64,000 bases of DNA from Eledone cirrhosa (lineage: Eukaryota). Within the stretch, counting starts at the first letter, position 1. Every line of letters begins with the position of its first letter. Made by a program: the position numbers and the translations under genes. Location of the stretch: the NCBI GenBank assembly GCA_964016885.1, contig OZ024743.1, forward strand, positions 55,800,001-55,864,000, read 5' to 3'. Under the pieces are notes generated by a model, which made no database searches, had not been told where the DNA came from, and was given only the letters and a program-made list of their open reading frames with translations. Below, in pieces: positions 1 through 11,125 of the stretch.

Positions 1-1111
1 CTTTTCTACCACCTTAATCTTTAGGTGGGTCTTTCTCAGGGCCTTTCTACACTGCTTAGCTAATTTCCCTCCAGGGGTAGCGTCCACGAACATGACACTC
101 TGGTATCTCTAGTTGTCATACCATGAGGTGGCTTTCCCTATCTTATGTTTAGTCCTATCTAAACTATTCCATGATTTGCTCCTGTATAATGGGCAAATTC
201 CTTTCATGACCAGTTCTATGAGGGTCTTATACTTACCCGTGGCTCCTTCGTATACTCTGATTCTGTCTCTTTGGTTGATGAAGTGTTGGAGGTGTCTTTC
301 CATTTTTGTTGGGTCGCACATGCGGGACAAGTTCTTCATCACTCGTACCAAGTCTGCGATCAGAATATTAAACTTAGCACTACTGGACATTGCTGAGTTC
401 TTGAGTATCAGATATTTGGAGGCCATGGGTTTAGTGTAGTGTGAGTGAAGAATTTGGGCTATCCCGTCTATAGTGTTAATCCAGAGTTCCGTGTCTAATA
501 CAGGTAGTCTATTGTTAAGGTGTCCTTATTACTATATTAATGTCGTCTACATAACGAGAGTACATGATGAGGTCTATGGAGCTCTCATCAAGGAGATCTT
601 TGAGTCTCCTTTCCCACCATACCATAAAAAGGTTGGCAACGTCACCAGCTATGCTGACGCCAATGGCTGCTCCCTCATTTTGGGTGTAGATCTTCTCGTT
701 GAATTTGAATATGTGGCCTTTTAGGGTAGTTTTAATACTAGCCCCTATTGCATGTGCGACCATTTTTCTTACCTGATCATTGTTTTGGGGGGTCCGTATG
801 GCTTTGGTCCACCAATCCACCTTCCCATGGGAGTCTTTTTTGCCATTGAGGTTATGGTGGTAGGGTCTACCTCTTATGGGTCTATTGGGGCAGAAACGGC
901 TAAGGTCATGGCTGTCTAGGTAGTCAATGTCATAAGTAAGTCTAAGTAGGAGGCCCAGTTCGTCTGTGGCGACGTCGCAGAACTCGACCTCACTCTCACT
1001 GATTATCTCCAAACATTTTTCCACACCAAAATCAATGTTAATGGATGGGTGTAGTGATACCACGTCCATACTGCCTATTATGCAGTTGGATGGTTTTTGC
1101 TTTTGTTGCAC
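1..1111 (-). mobile_element. Penelope-like retroelement reverse transcriptase fragment (truncated, with internal disruption)
   Basis: ORF 515..1111 has PLE RT motifs SMDVVSLHPSI, GAAIGVSIAGDVANLFM and SRYVDDI. ORF 109..426 continues with the PLE thumb region (PMASKYLILKNSAM...DLVRVMKN, PLYRSKSW). Confidence 0.85.
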
Positions 1112-1136
1112 TCACTGATTCTGCTGATATATATAT

Positions 1137-1370
1137 AAATATTTATTAAAATACCAGATTAAAGTTTAAGCAAAGAATCGCTGCTTTTACCCTTAACGGG
1201 ATCTTCTGAAACTCAGAAGATCCCGTTAAGGATGAAAGCAGCGATTCTTTGCTTAAACTTTAATCTGTTATTTTAATAAATATTTGCTCTACGGTTCTTA
1301 TATATTTGATATATATTTATCCTTATCGAGCCCGCTTTGGATTTTAGTCTTCAAATTTATTATTATTATG
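1137..1370 (+). repeat. Palindromic PLE-terminal-repeat-like cassette (about 70-bp arms centred near 1210) with a 3' tail
   Basis: ...aaagaatcgctgcttttacccttaacgggatcttctga-aac-tcagaagatcccgttaaggatgaaagcagcgattcttt... is an inverted repeat. It lies immediately 5' of the PLE RT. Pieces recur at 57660-57712, 43108-43158 and 44148-44200 (reverse). Confidence 0.7.
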
Positions 1371-1545
1371 GCAGTATCTGTAGAAGGTCGGACGCCATGC
1401 TTTGACGCATAGAGTTACGACCCTTGCCATTCTGAGTTCAAATCCCGCCGAGGTTAACTTTGCCTTTCATCCTTATGGGATCGATAAAATAAAGTACCAG
1501 TAATACACTGGGTAATTGCTGGCCTTGTGCCAAAAGTAGAAACAA
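1368..1545 (+). mobile_element. tRNA-derived SINE, family A
   Basis: B-box-like gttcaaatcc, then ttgcctttcatcc...gataaaataaagtaccagt...gccttgtgccaaaagtagaaacaa. The same motif recurs at many sites in the window. Confidence 0.75.
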
Positions 1546-1746
1546 ATATATATATATATATATATAAATAAATACAATATCGGAGAAAGCTTTTTAGCGA
1601 TACTCCGGCCAAATTCCAACTCACTCAACAAACATTAGGAAATAAGTGATTATATTCCCAATTATGCGTTCGGGTTGCTAACTAAAAGTATTGCGTGGAA
1701 AATTGCCTGTATTATTTCATATGAGACATATCGAATATATCTCTTC

Positions 1747-1784
<38 letters not shown>

Positions 1785-1786
<2 letters not shown>

Positions 1787-2576
1787 CAAAGGAATTGTGG
1801 TAAGGAACCAGATGGATTATAACGCACCAGAGTACTCAATACTTAGGGTAGTAGAGTGGAAATAGGAAAAAGTATGACCCCGACGGCAGAGCTCAAGCCG
1901 TTTCGACGACTATTTCTGGACTAAATTAGAATTTTTAGCCTGGTGAATAAATAGCCGAACTTGGGAAGATCGTAGTTGTCAAGAGGATTGGTTAAAATTT
2001 GTTGTAAACACAAATAAGTCTATCATGGCATTTGGAGGGAGGTAGGGGTGGCTGAACTTGCCTGTAGAACAATAAGGGAGTGAGTGGAGCGGTCAAGCGT
2101 TGAAAGTGATATGCATACAGCAGATTCTAACGATAGTGTATGAAGTGGAGGAGGGAGGTTATAGAATAGGTAATTCGAATGAGAGTAAGAGAGAATAAAA
2201 GATAATAGAAAGAAATAAAAAAAATATATAAAATTAGATAGTGAGAAATGAATAAAAAAAATCACAATGCTATCTTACAATTACAGGTTAATAAGTTGAG
2301 AATAGAAAAAACTTGTAGAAATTGAGTAGTACCAAAACTGATACAAAAATAAAAGGGGTTTAACACAACTGCTATAAGTAGTTAGTAAAACCTATTCGGC
2401 CAATTCTATCTTAAAATGACAGGGGTGGGGGAACTGATGCTACAGAGGCCCGATCGGCTTCATCGGGGTAGGCGAAAGGGGAAAAAGCAGAGGAGGTCAT
2501 ACTTCTTCCTATATATAGGAAAAAGTATGACCCCGACGGCAGAGCTCAAGCCGTTTCGACGGCTATTTCTGGACTC
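1785..2576 (-). mobile_element. PLE-terminal-repeat-like element of the 'GACCCCGACGGC' family, inserted in (TA)n
   Basis: Same unit (acaaaggaattgtggtaaggaaccag...ggaaaaagtatgaccccgacggc) as 12494-12716, 35149-35487 and 51147-51282. All copies are bounded by (TA)n. Confidence 0.7.
1876..1988 (-). ncRNA. Candidate type I hammerhead ribozyme (U3-A8 core, long stem II, full stem III)
   Basis: Minus strand reads TCCTC-TTGACAA-[about 75 nt including CGGCTATTT/AAATAGTCG]-GAA-ACGGC-ttgagctct-GCCGT-C-GGGG. The base of stem II is imperfect. Confidence 0.5.
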
Positions 2577-2672
2577 AGAATATATATATATATACATGTA
2601 TGACATACATTCACACACACATTGATACAGTCATATATACACTCTGATATGTCCCTTCCGCTGTCTTTTTTC

Positions 2673-2872
2673 NNNNNNNNNNNNNNNNNNNNNNNNNNNN
2701 NNNNNNNNNNNNNNNNNNNNNNNNNNNNNNNNNNNNNNNNNNNNNNNNNNNNNNNNNNNNNNNNNNNNNNNNNNNNNNNNNNNNNNNNNNNNNNNNNNNN
2801 NNNNNNNNNNNNNNNNNNNNNNNNNNNNNNNNNNNNNNNNNNNNNNNNNNNNNNNNNNNNNNNNNNNNNNNN
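2673..2872. other. Assembly gap (200 N)
   Basis: Run of exactly 200 n. Confidence 0.99.
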
Positions 2873-2924
2873 GTTTCGTTTCTAGGTGCAAAAACCACAG
2901 TCATTCGAGATCGAGGGGTGTCTA

Positions 2925-2984
<60 letters not shown>

Positions 2985-2986
<2 letters not shown>

Positions 2987-3177
2987 CATTTAATGAAGAA
3001 ATGGCTTCTACAGGACGAGAACTGTTTCATTCGAAAGAAATCACCAGGAAAGCTCTGACGATTTCTTTCGAATGAAACAGCTCTAGTCCTTTTAGTTTGC
3101 TGTAGTTGCTGTTTACACTCTACTAATGTATTGAGTACCTTACTTACTGTGGTTACCCCCGATTGAACTCGGGGCTC
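2985..3177. mobile_element. Palindromic pLTR-like cassette with two back-to-back HHR-like cores, inserted in (TA)n
   Basis: 3012-3090 is an inverted repeat. Plus strand: CTGACGA-TTTC-tttc-GAAT-GAAA-CAGCTC-TA-GTCCT (3055-3090). Minus strand: CTGGTGA-TTTC-tttc-GAAT-GAAA-CAGTTC-TC-GTCCT. Related copy at 47345-47470. Confidence 0.65.
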
Positions 3178-3208
<31 letters not shown>

Positions 3209-3546
3209 CATATGCATAGATCCATATTTACATACATTCATACATATCATTACACCATTGCACACACACATAATCAATTAGATGTTTCACAGTCTTCATG
3301 GCAGTCACCAATGTTTTAGAGCAAGTAGACAGCCAGCTGTCACAATGTCTTATTATAAAATTCAAAAGATCATGTTCATCGGAGCATTCTTAAGATTTGT
3401 TTGATTCCTGCAGTAAAAATACCAGCAGGCAGGACAATTGACAATTTCTTCGAGAGGAACAAAGGAAATGGTAAAAGTATTAACAACCAACAAACAAGCA
3501 TTAATAATCTCATTTGATTTGACTGACCATCTTTTTGACTCTTCAT

Positions 3547-3605
3547 CTCTCTCTTTCTCTCTCCTGCTTTCTCTCTCTCACTCTTTCTTTATTTCTCTCT
3601 CTCTC

Positions 3606-3685
<80 letters not shown>

Positions 3686-3860
3686 ACTCCCCCTCTCTCT
3701 TTCTTTCATTCTCTCTCTTTTTTCTCTCTCTCTCTTTCTTTCTCTCTCATTTTCTCTCTCTCTCACTTCTCTATTCCCACCTTATCTTTCTTTCTTACTT
3801 TCTTTTTTCCTCTCTCTCTCCCGCCTATCTTTCTTTCTTTCCTTCTTTCTCTCTTATACA
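3547..3860. repeat. (CT)n / CT-rich low-complexity tract
   Basis: Direct reading. Confidence 0.95.
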
Positions 3861-3959
3861 TTTTAAACTATATATATCACTTCCCCAAAATGGGCTGACT
3901 AAACATACCGTTTCTTCCTCTTTATGCTCTCATCTATCTTTTCATTTCTTCTTTTATCT

Positions 3960-4080
3960 CTCATTTTATCTGCTGACGAAGGAACAACGTCCAAAACGTG
4001 AAGACTCTTTTCCCACTATATCAAGCGTTAAACTAACATAAATCTTCATTGTACTGTATCGTTTCTCTATGTTGTTTATC
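3960..4080 (+). mobile_element. pLTR-like repeat with a decayed HHR-like core
   Basis: ctgacgaaggaacaacgtccaaaacgtgaagac...tcaagcgttaaactaa aligns with 32668-32735 (ctgatgataggactagcgtctgaaatgttaagac...tcaagcgttaacctaa). Confidence 0.5.
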
Positions 4081-4088
4081 CATTTCCT

Positions 4089-4150
<62 letters not shown>

Positions 4151-4357
4151 TTGTCATATTTTATCCAGAGTTCGGTTTTTTTCGTCGCTATGGTCACTGC
4201 GGCCCGTCTATCGGTCGCTGTCTTCAATTTTCAAAGATGTGTAAACGTAGTGTTATAATTCTAAGGTAATATACCTTATTGAGTGCTTAGCTGCACACCC
4301 CGACTTCATTCGTTAGCTTGGCTGCATCCAGAGCTTCGATGATGCTGTACTAAATTT

Positions 4358-4414
<57 letters not shown>

Positions 4415-4514
4415 TGGATGACGTTATAACAAAGTGTAGCTAAATACTTGTGAAATTAAAATGTATTGGATATCCGTCAGTTCCGACGTTGAGTCGTTTT
4501 TGAAATACAGAACA

Positions 4515-4775
4515 AACTGCTTGCGAAATTAATGTGCAAGTGGCAGAGCATTCCACAGGCACCATCAACGTAGTTCTCACGCAGACTCAATGTGACATGG
4601 TGTGTGACAACGCTGGTCCATTAAATGACAGTTACAACTCCTTTTTACTAGTTAAGTGGACTGAAACAACATGAAATAAAATATCTTGCTCAAGGACACA
4701 ACGCCCCACCGGCGATAGCACTCTTGACTTTAAGATTGCGAGTCGAACAGTGTAACCACTAAGCCATGCTCCTTC
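4515..4775 (-). mobile_element. tRNA-derived SINE, family B
   Basis: gaaataaaatatcttgctcaaggacacaacgc and aaattaatgtgcaagtggc...acgtagttctc are shared with 7555-7895, 13530-13800, 44510-44860 and 59810-59935. Confidence 0.75.
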
Positions 4776-4849
4776 GCTGTGAGATTAAAAATAAAATCTT
4801 GTCACAAAGTTTGTCTTTTCTTACAATTTTTAGTGAAGCTTAGTTTAGT

Positions 4850-5110
4850 GGAGGCGCGTGGCTAGTGGTAAATGTATCGGACTTATGATCATGGCGTCAT
4901 AGGTTCGATTCCTGGACAACGTTGTGTGTGGTGTTCTTGAACAAAACACTCCAATTCACTTTGCTCCAGTATACGCAGTTGAAAAAGAGTACCAGCAGTA
5001 GCTGGGGGAGTCAACGCTGTGATAGACCTGCGTCATATCCAGGGTGGGGCCGCCTTTACTCTTAGTCGCTTAACGCCACGGAAAACCGGACAAGCACATG
5101 CCTGATGAGA
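4850..5110 (+). mobile_element. tRNA-headed SINE
   Basis: A-box-like tggctagtgg and B-box ggttcgattcc, followed by the gtgttcttgaacaaaacact...ttgctccagt core shared with family B. Confidence 0.7.
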
Positions 5111-5564
5111 CTTTAGACTTTTTTTTAGTTTAGTTTGAAGCATCGATTTAGCAGAGTCGGATTAATTACCTTTGTATTTTGTACCGATTCACTGTGCTCT
5201 GAATTCAAATTCCGCCATTAATCCATTCGAAGTCGATAAATAGAGTACCACTCCGGTACTAGAATCAATTTTCCCTTTTTCTATGGAAGAAATCTCCTGC
5301 GTTTTGACCTACAAGAAATGGGTTCCGTTAGGTTTAAAATGCCCAACACATGGCGGCACCCTTATGATCTCATCAAGTACTAACAGCGATTTTGTTTAGT
5401 TTGATCGCTATTGGTTGGTTATTTCTTATTCACATGAGAAACATAATGTGTTGGTGTGTCTGTTGGACCTTTGTCAGTTCTAATGAGTAGTGTTCCAGTT
5501 GATTGATCAACAGAAATTAGCATGCAAGTAGCCGAGAATTCCACTGTCACGTCGATAAATATAA

Positions 5565-5765
5565 TGCTTTCTGATGTAGGTTCAAGGCCAACAATTTTGG
5601 GGGAGGGTAAGTCGATTAAACCGACCCCAGTGTATTACAGGTACTTTATTTCGTCGACTTCGTTAGGATGAAAGGCAAAGCTAACCTCGGCAGAATTTGA
5701 ACTCAGAACCTAAAGGGCCGTATATATATGCCACAAACATATTGTCAGATTCTCTACCGCGCTGG
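5565..5765 (-). mobile_element. SINE family A
   Basis: ggtactttatttcgtcgac...aggatgaaaggcaaag...cggcagaatttgaactcag is the reverse complement of the 1368-1545 motif. Confidence 0.75.
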
Positions 5766-5806
5766 AGTGGATAAATACAATATAATACCAACAACGTGCT
5801 AGAGCT

Positions 5807-5860
<54 letters not shown>

Positions 5861-5898
5861 TCCTCTCTCTCTCTCTCTCTTCTTCCTCTCTCTTTCAG

Positions 5899-6066
5899 AA
5901 TCTCCCCGTTGCGCTGTGGGGCAACCACTCACATCGCCCCTTTCTCCTTGTAGAGAATAGTACAAAAGAAACTTATGTGCTTCAGGGACTGTACGAAGAC
6001 AGACCGCTGTGCCCGTGCAACATTGATAAAGAAGAAAGAAGATACAAGCTAGAAGAGAAAGAGAGT
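5899..6066 (+). CDS. Candidate internal exon of an unidentified host gene (NLPVALWGNHSHRPFLLVENSTKETYVLQGLYEDRPLCPCNIDKEERRYKLEEKES)
   Basis: Long polypyrimidine tract plus ttcag acceptor; 168-nt open frame of non-repetitive composition; GTATGT donor at 6067. Protein not recognised. Confidence 0.4.
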
Positions 6067-6359
6067 GTATGTGTGATAGAGAGAGATGTGAAAAAAGGGA
6101 GAGTGAGCGAGAGACAAGCAAATAAAGAGGTCTGTCATATTTCATACTGAAACCCATTCAGTGAATATATTTTATTTGTATCTGTTTTCTCTCCTGTAAA
6201 CAATCCATATAAAACCTCCTTTTGTATAGTTCAAAGGTTATTATGGAGTTGCATATAAGCTACTTTATATATTTTGCACTTCATTCATTTATTTGTATAT
6301 ATATATGTGTGTTGTTATAGTTGTTGATGATGATATTGTTGTTGTTGGTGTTGTTGTGG

Positions 6360-6700
6360 ACGCGGGCATGGCCGAATGGTTTAGAAGTTCGCTTCGTTAT
6401 CATTAGGGCCCCGGGTTTGATCCCAATGCGTGGTATTTTAGTCAAGTGTCTCAGGTCGACTCCTGCCTTGTGAGTGAAACTGCTATGGATATCGTCTGCG
6501 CTCTCAAGAGTCAGGGTAGAAACTTTGTACGGATTCGGAGGTTAAGCTAAAATCTTAGTTTTTTTCCACTGTATCTATAAATGAAAGAATACGTGTCTGT
6601 GGAATGCTCAGCCACTTACACGTTAATTTCATGAGCAGGCGATTCAGTTGATTGCAGAACTGAAACACTCACCGTCGAAACCGACTGAGGTTCGTCGATC
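6360..6700 (+). mobile_element. Decayed tRNA-headed SINE fragments
   Basis: gcatggccgaatggtttagaag...gggtttgatccc...gccttgtgagtg, plus the family B tail gtgtctgtggaatgctcagccacttacacgttaatttc. Confidence 0.6.
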
Positions 6701-7199
6701 GAAATGTCTGTGTAAGTGTATGTATATTGTTGTTGTTGTTGTTGTTGCTACTGCTGATGTTGTTGTTGTTGTTGTTGCTGTTTGTTTTCTGATTCCAGGG
6801 CTCCCGTTACCATAGGGACAATATCTATGTCGATACCTTATATCACTGATGTATTGTATCTGGTGTTTCTTGTTTCAGAGTTGGACTTGTTTCAATTTAT
6901 ATGATTGATATATTTCTGTTTGTAAGATATGGCTTATCAATCAAAATTTTTTATCTCGTTTTTATAATTCTTAATGACTATGTTGGGTCATTTTTTCCCA
7001 ATATATCTTTGTCGGAAAACCGCGAAAGTTTAAAAAAAAGGAAGATTGAGTACATTCTGTATTACTTTCCAACGTTTTCCGAAACTTTTTTGAATTTTCT
7101 GCTATTAGCAGTGTAAGCATGGATATCTTTCATAAGAACCTTACTGCAGAGAAAAGAAAAAAAAATGTCGGCTAGTCCTTCTTTATCATGTTGAACCTC

Positions 7200-8115
7200 C
7201 GGCGATTCCGACAACGAGTGCTCTATTTGTTCACACTCGTGTAATTAACGTGCAAGTAACAGAGATTCAGCGTGACCCATTGCGAGATTGCGCTGACTCT
7301 TTGAAAATGCAGATACAATTCATTTTTGCCATCTGTCTCGATTGGAGCAACGTGAAATATGGTTTCTTATATAGGCACAAGGCCATCAATCGATTAAATC
7401 GACCCCAGTGCGTGACTGGTACTTTATTTTATCGACCCCCGTAAGGATGAAAGGCAAAGTTAACCTCGCAGCATTTGAACCCATGCAGTAAAGGGCCGTA
7501 ACTCTATTCTGCAAAGCATGGTGTCCGACTCTCCACCGACAATCCACCGCACTTGGAGCAACGTGAAATATAAAGACACAACGTGCCGCAGGGAATCGAA
7601 CTCACGACATTAAGATCGTGAACCGAGCAACCTCCTGTTCACCAAGACACAAACCATCACGTGAAATTAACATGCAAGTGACTGAACAATCTATAAACAC
7701 GTGTGCACTTAACGTAGTTCTCAGGAAGATTCACTGTGATACAGTGTGTGAGTGACAAGTTTGGCCTCCTGAATTACAGACACAACTCATTTTTTTCCGA
7801 TCTAAGTGTACTAAAGCAACATGAAATAAAATGTCGTGGACACAAGGAATCGAACTCACAACCTTACGATTATAAGCTGAACACTCTAAACACTAGACCA
7901 AAAGTGGGGAAACTTTCCATGTAATATATAATTGTTTCTACTTTTGGCACAAGGGCAGCAATTATCCCAGTTGATTACTGGTACTTTATTTTATCGACCA
8001 CGTAAGAATGAAAGGCAAAGTTAACCTCGGCGATATTTGAACTGAGACCGTAAAGGGCCATGGCACCATGTTGCATGGCGTCCGACCCTCTACCGATACT
8101 GCCAATCCACAGCCC
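7200..8115 (-). mobile_element. Cluster of nested SINE A and SINE B copies
   Basis: Repeated ggtactttattttatcgac / gatgaaaggcaaagttaacctc (family A) and gggaatcgaactcac / gaaattaacatgcaagtg (family B) motifs. Confidence 0.75.
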
Positions 8116-8183
8116 TTAATGTAATATATGTTAAGGCCACATGCAAGGGACCATAATTATTAATTTTTTGATAATTACAAATA

Positions 8184-8702
8184 TCATAGTACAGGTGGTA
8201 GTGTACCTTGCTCTACCTTGAGGTAGTATAGGTCATAGTAGAGGTGGTAGTGTACCTTGCTCTCCTTTGAGGTAGTATAGGTCATAGTAGAGGTGGTAGT
8301 GTACCTTGCTCTCCCTTGAGGTAGTATAGGTCATAGTAGAGGTGGTAGTGTACCCTGCTCTCCCTTGAGATAGTATAGGTCATAGTAGAGATGGTAGTGT
8401 ACCTTGCTCTCCCTTGGGGTAGTATAGGTCATAGTAGAGGTGGTACTGTTCATTTGCTCCCTCTTGAGGTAGTATAGGTCATAGTAGAGGTGGTAGTGTA
8501 CCTTGCTCTCCCTTGAGGTAGTATAGGTCAAGGTCATAGTACAGGTGGTAGTGTACCTTGCTCTCCTTTGAGGTAGTATAGGTCATAGTATAGGTGGTAA
8601 TGTACCTTGCTCTCCCTTGAGGTAGTACAGGTCATAGTAGAGGTGGTAGTGTACCTTGCTCTCCCTTGAGGTAGTATAGGTCATAGTACAGGTGGTAGTG
8701 TA
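8184..8702. repeat. 49-bp minisatellite, about 10.5 copies
   Basis: Unit tcatagtagaggtggtagtgtaccttgctctcccttgaggtagtatagg; successive starts at 8331 and 8380. Confidence 0.95.
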
Positions 8703-8960
8703 AGTGGTAGTATAGGTGATAATGTAGGTTGTAGTATAGGTAATAGTATATGTAGTATTGTAGTAGGTAATATAGGTGGTAGAGGAGGTGGTAATGAATG
8801 TGGTAGTATAGGTGGTAGTATAGGTGGTAGTATAGGTGGTAGTATAGGTAGTAGTATAGGTGGTATTATATGTGGTAGTATAGGTGGTAGTATATGTGGT
8901 AGTATAGGTGGTAGTATAGGTGGTAGTATAGGTGGTAGTGTAGCAGGTAGTAGTATAGGG
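8703..8960. repeat. 12-bp (ggtggtagtata)n array
   Basis: Direct reading. Confidence 0.9.
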
Positions 8961-9219
8961 GAGGGGAGGAAGAGGAGGAAGCGTAGGAAGAGGAGGAAGG
9001 GGAGAAAGAGGAGGAAGGAGAGTAGAGTGGGAAAGAGAAAATGTAGGAAGGAGAGGAACCCCCTTTCACACCTACTTTCCCCTCTCCCCATTACTCCGTC
9101 AACACAACTTTTTCCCTCTCACTAGATTTTTCCCCTTTCCAACAATTCAGCGTCTTTCTCTCTTCCTACACTTTCTCCCCTCCCTCGCCTTCATACACTT
9201 TCTCCTGTTCCTAAGAAAA

Positions 9220-9940
9220 TGGAGAACAAGGAGAAAGTGAGAACAAGGAGAGCAAGGAGAGCAACGAGAGCAACGAGAACAAGAAGGAAAGGGAGAGCAT
9301 GGAAAGCAAGGCGGAAAGGGAGAGCAAGGAGAGCAAGGAGTGCAAGAATGAAAGGGAGAGCAAGGAGAGCATGGAAAGCAAGAAGGAAGGGGAGAACAAG
9401 GAGAGCAAGGTAGAGCGAGCAGAGCAAGAAGGAGAGGGAGAGCAACGAGAGCAAGGGGAGCATGGAGAACAAGAAGGAAAATGAGAGCAAGGAGAGCAAG
9501 GAGAACAGGAAGGAAAGGGAGGAGCAAGGAGAGCAAAGAGAGCAAGAAGGAAAAGGAGAGCAAGGAGAGCAAGGGGAGCATGGAGAACAAGAAGGAAAAG
9601 GAGAGCAAGGAGAGCAAGGAGAGCAGGAAGGAAAGGGAGGAGCAAGGAGGAAAGGGAGAGCAATGAGAGCCACGAGAGCAAGGAGAACATGGAGAACAAG
9701 AAGGAAAGGGAGAGCAAGGAGGAAAGAGAGAGCAAGGAAAGCAAGAAGGAAAGGGAAAGCAAGGAGAGCATGGAGAGCATGGAGAGCAAGAAGGAAAAGG
9801 AGACCAATGAGAGCAAGAAAGAAAGAGAGAGCAATGAAAGCCACGAGAGCAAGGAGAGCATGGAGAACAAGAAGGAAAGGGAGAGCAAGAAGAAAAGGGA
9901 GAGCAAGGAGAGCAAGAAGAGCAAGGAGAGCATGGAGAGA
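9220..9940. repeat. Purine-rich array built on a 9-bp ggagagcaa unit
   Basis: Direct reading. Confidence 0.9.
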
Positions 9941-10429
9941 AATGAGTGAAAAGTAAAGTAAGGAGATTAAGAAGGGCGGGAAAGCGATGAAAGAGGAGGT
10001 GAGGCTGGTGAGAGGAATATGTAAGAGAGTGGATGAGGAGGAAGTGGAGGCAGAAGAGGGAGGTGAAGAAGGGGAGGAAGAAGAGAAAGGGAGGAATAAG
10101 AGTAGAGTGGAACAGGGGAGAAAGGGGGGAAGGTGTGGAGTGTAGGAAGTGTATGAAGGAAAGGAAGGAGGAGAGGAGGAAGGGAAGGAAAGAGAGGATG
10201 GAGAGGATGGAGAGGAAGTGTAGGAAGGGGAGGAAGTGTCCTTGCTCTCCTCACTCTCCGTACTCTCTTTTCTCTCCTTACTCCACTTGCCTTCTTTTCC
10301 CCTCTTTTAACGTCCTTTTCATATATTTCTTCTATGTCCTACCCATCACCCTCTTCATAATTTTCTTCACCCCCCCCCCCCACACTTTCCTCTATATTTG
10401 GCTAGGGAAACACCAGCAAGAGGGGGTTA

Positions 10430-10650
10430 GGAGGTATATGCTGCAAAGCATATTGTCCAACGCTCTACCAATCCACCGCCCTTGTGACCGCTTATAAAAT
10501 AGTTCTTTCTACTTTTGGCACAAGGCCAGCAATTACCCCAGTGTATTACTGGTGCTTTATTTTATCGACCTTGTAAGAATGAAAGGTAAAATTAACTTCG
10601 GCGGGAATTGAACTTCAGCATGGTGCCTGACGCTCTACCGATACTGTCGA
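10430..10650 (-). mobile_element. SINE family A
   Basis: tttctacttttggcacaaggccagcaattacccc...gaatgaaaggtaaaattaacttcggcggg. Confidence 0.75.
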
Positions 10651-10859
10651 TAGAAAAAATTAAGACTAACGTGAGTAGGCGGTGTAGAGTGGGTATGAAA
10701 GATGAACTGTGGGTGAATTCATTATGGAGAAGAGAATTAAAAGCTAGAATGACTTCGGCAACTTTTATGGAGATGAGAAAGAAATGAATGCAATATGGAA
10801 AGAAAAAAACAACAAACAGAACGGATGATTCCTTTCATGTTATTGTACCCTATATAAGG

Positions 10860-11125
10860 CAACATGGCGGCGAATTGGCAGCATCGTTAGGACGTCGGAT
10901 AGAATTCTTTGTAGATTTCGTTTCAGCTCTGAGTTCATATCCTGCCGTGGTCAATTTTACCTTTCATCCATTCGAGGTCGATAAAAAAGTACCAGTCAAG
11001 TACTGGAGTTGATTCTTCCTCTATATTTCTTTCTCACTTCCATTTCCTCACTTACTCCTTCTCTGGAAGAAATTTGCTGTATTCAAACCTGGAGAAGATT
11101 GGGTTCTGTCATGTTTAAAAAAGCC
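10860..11125 (+). mobile_element. SINE family A variant with an extended 3' tail
   Basis: ggcggcgaattggcag...cctttcatccattcgaggtcgataaaaaagtaccagtc, plus the tail ctggaagaaatttgctgtattcaaacctggaga shared with 61540-61715. Confidence 0.7.

Noticed and set aside
2611-3237. ORFs spanning the N run
   Set aside because: Artefacts of the 200-N gap and (TA)n.
4850-4916. Possible tRNA gene (also 35535-35610 and 50553-50626)
   Set aside because: A/B boxes are present, but no clean cloverleaf or anticodon arm; these are SINE or repeat heads.
5100-5120. CTGATGAG resembling a hammerhead core
   Set aside because: No downstream stem II/GAAA/NUH; it lies in a SINE tail.
8184-8702. Regular 49-bp periodicity resembling a CRISPR array (also the 85-bp array at 60 kb)
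   Set aside because: Units are contiguous with no unique spacers, there are no cas genes, and the context is eukaryotic.
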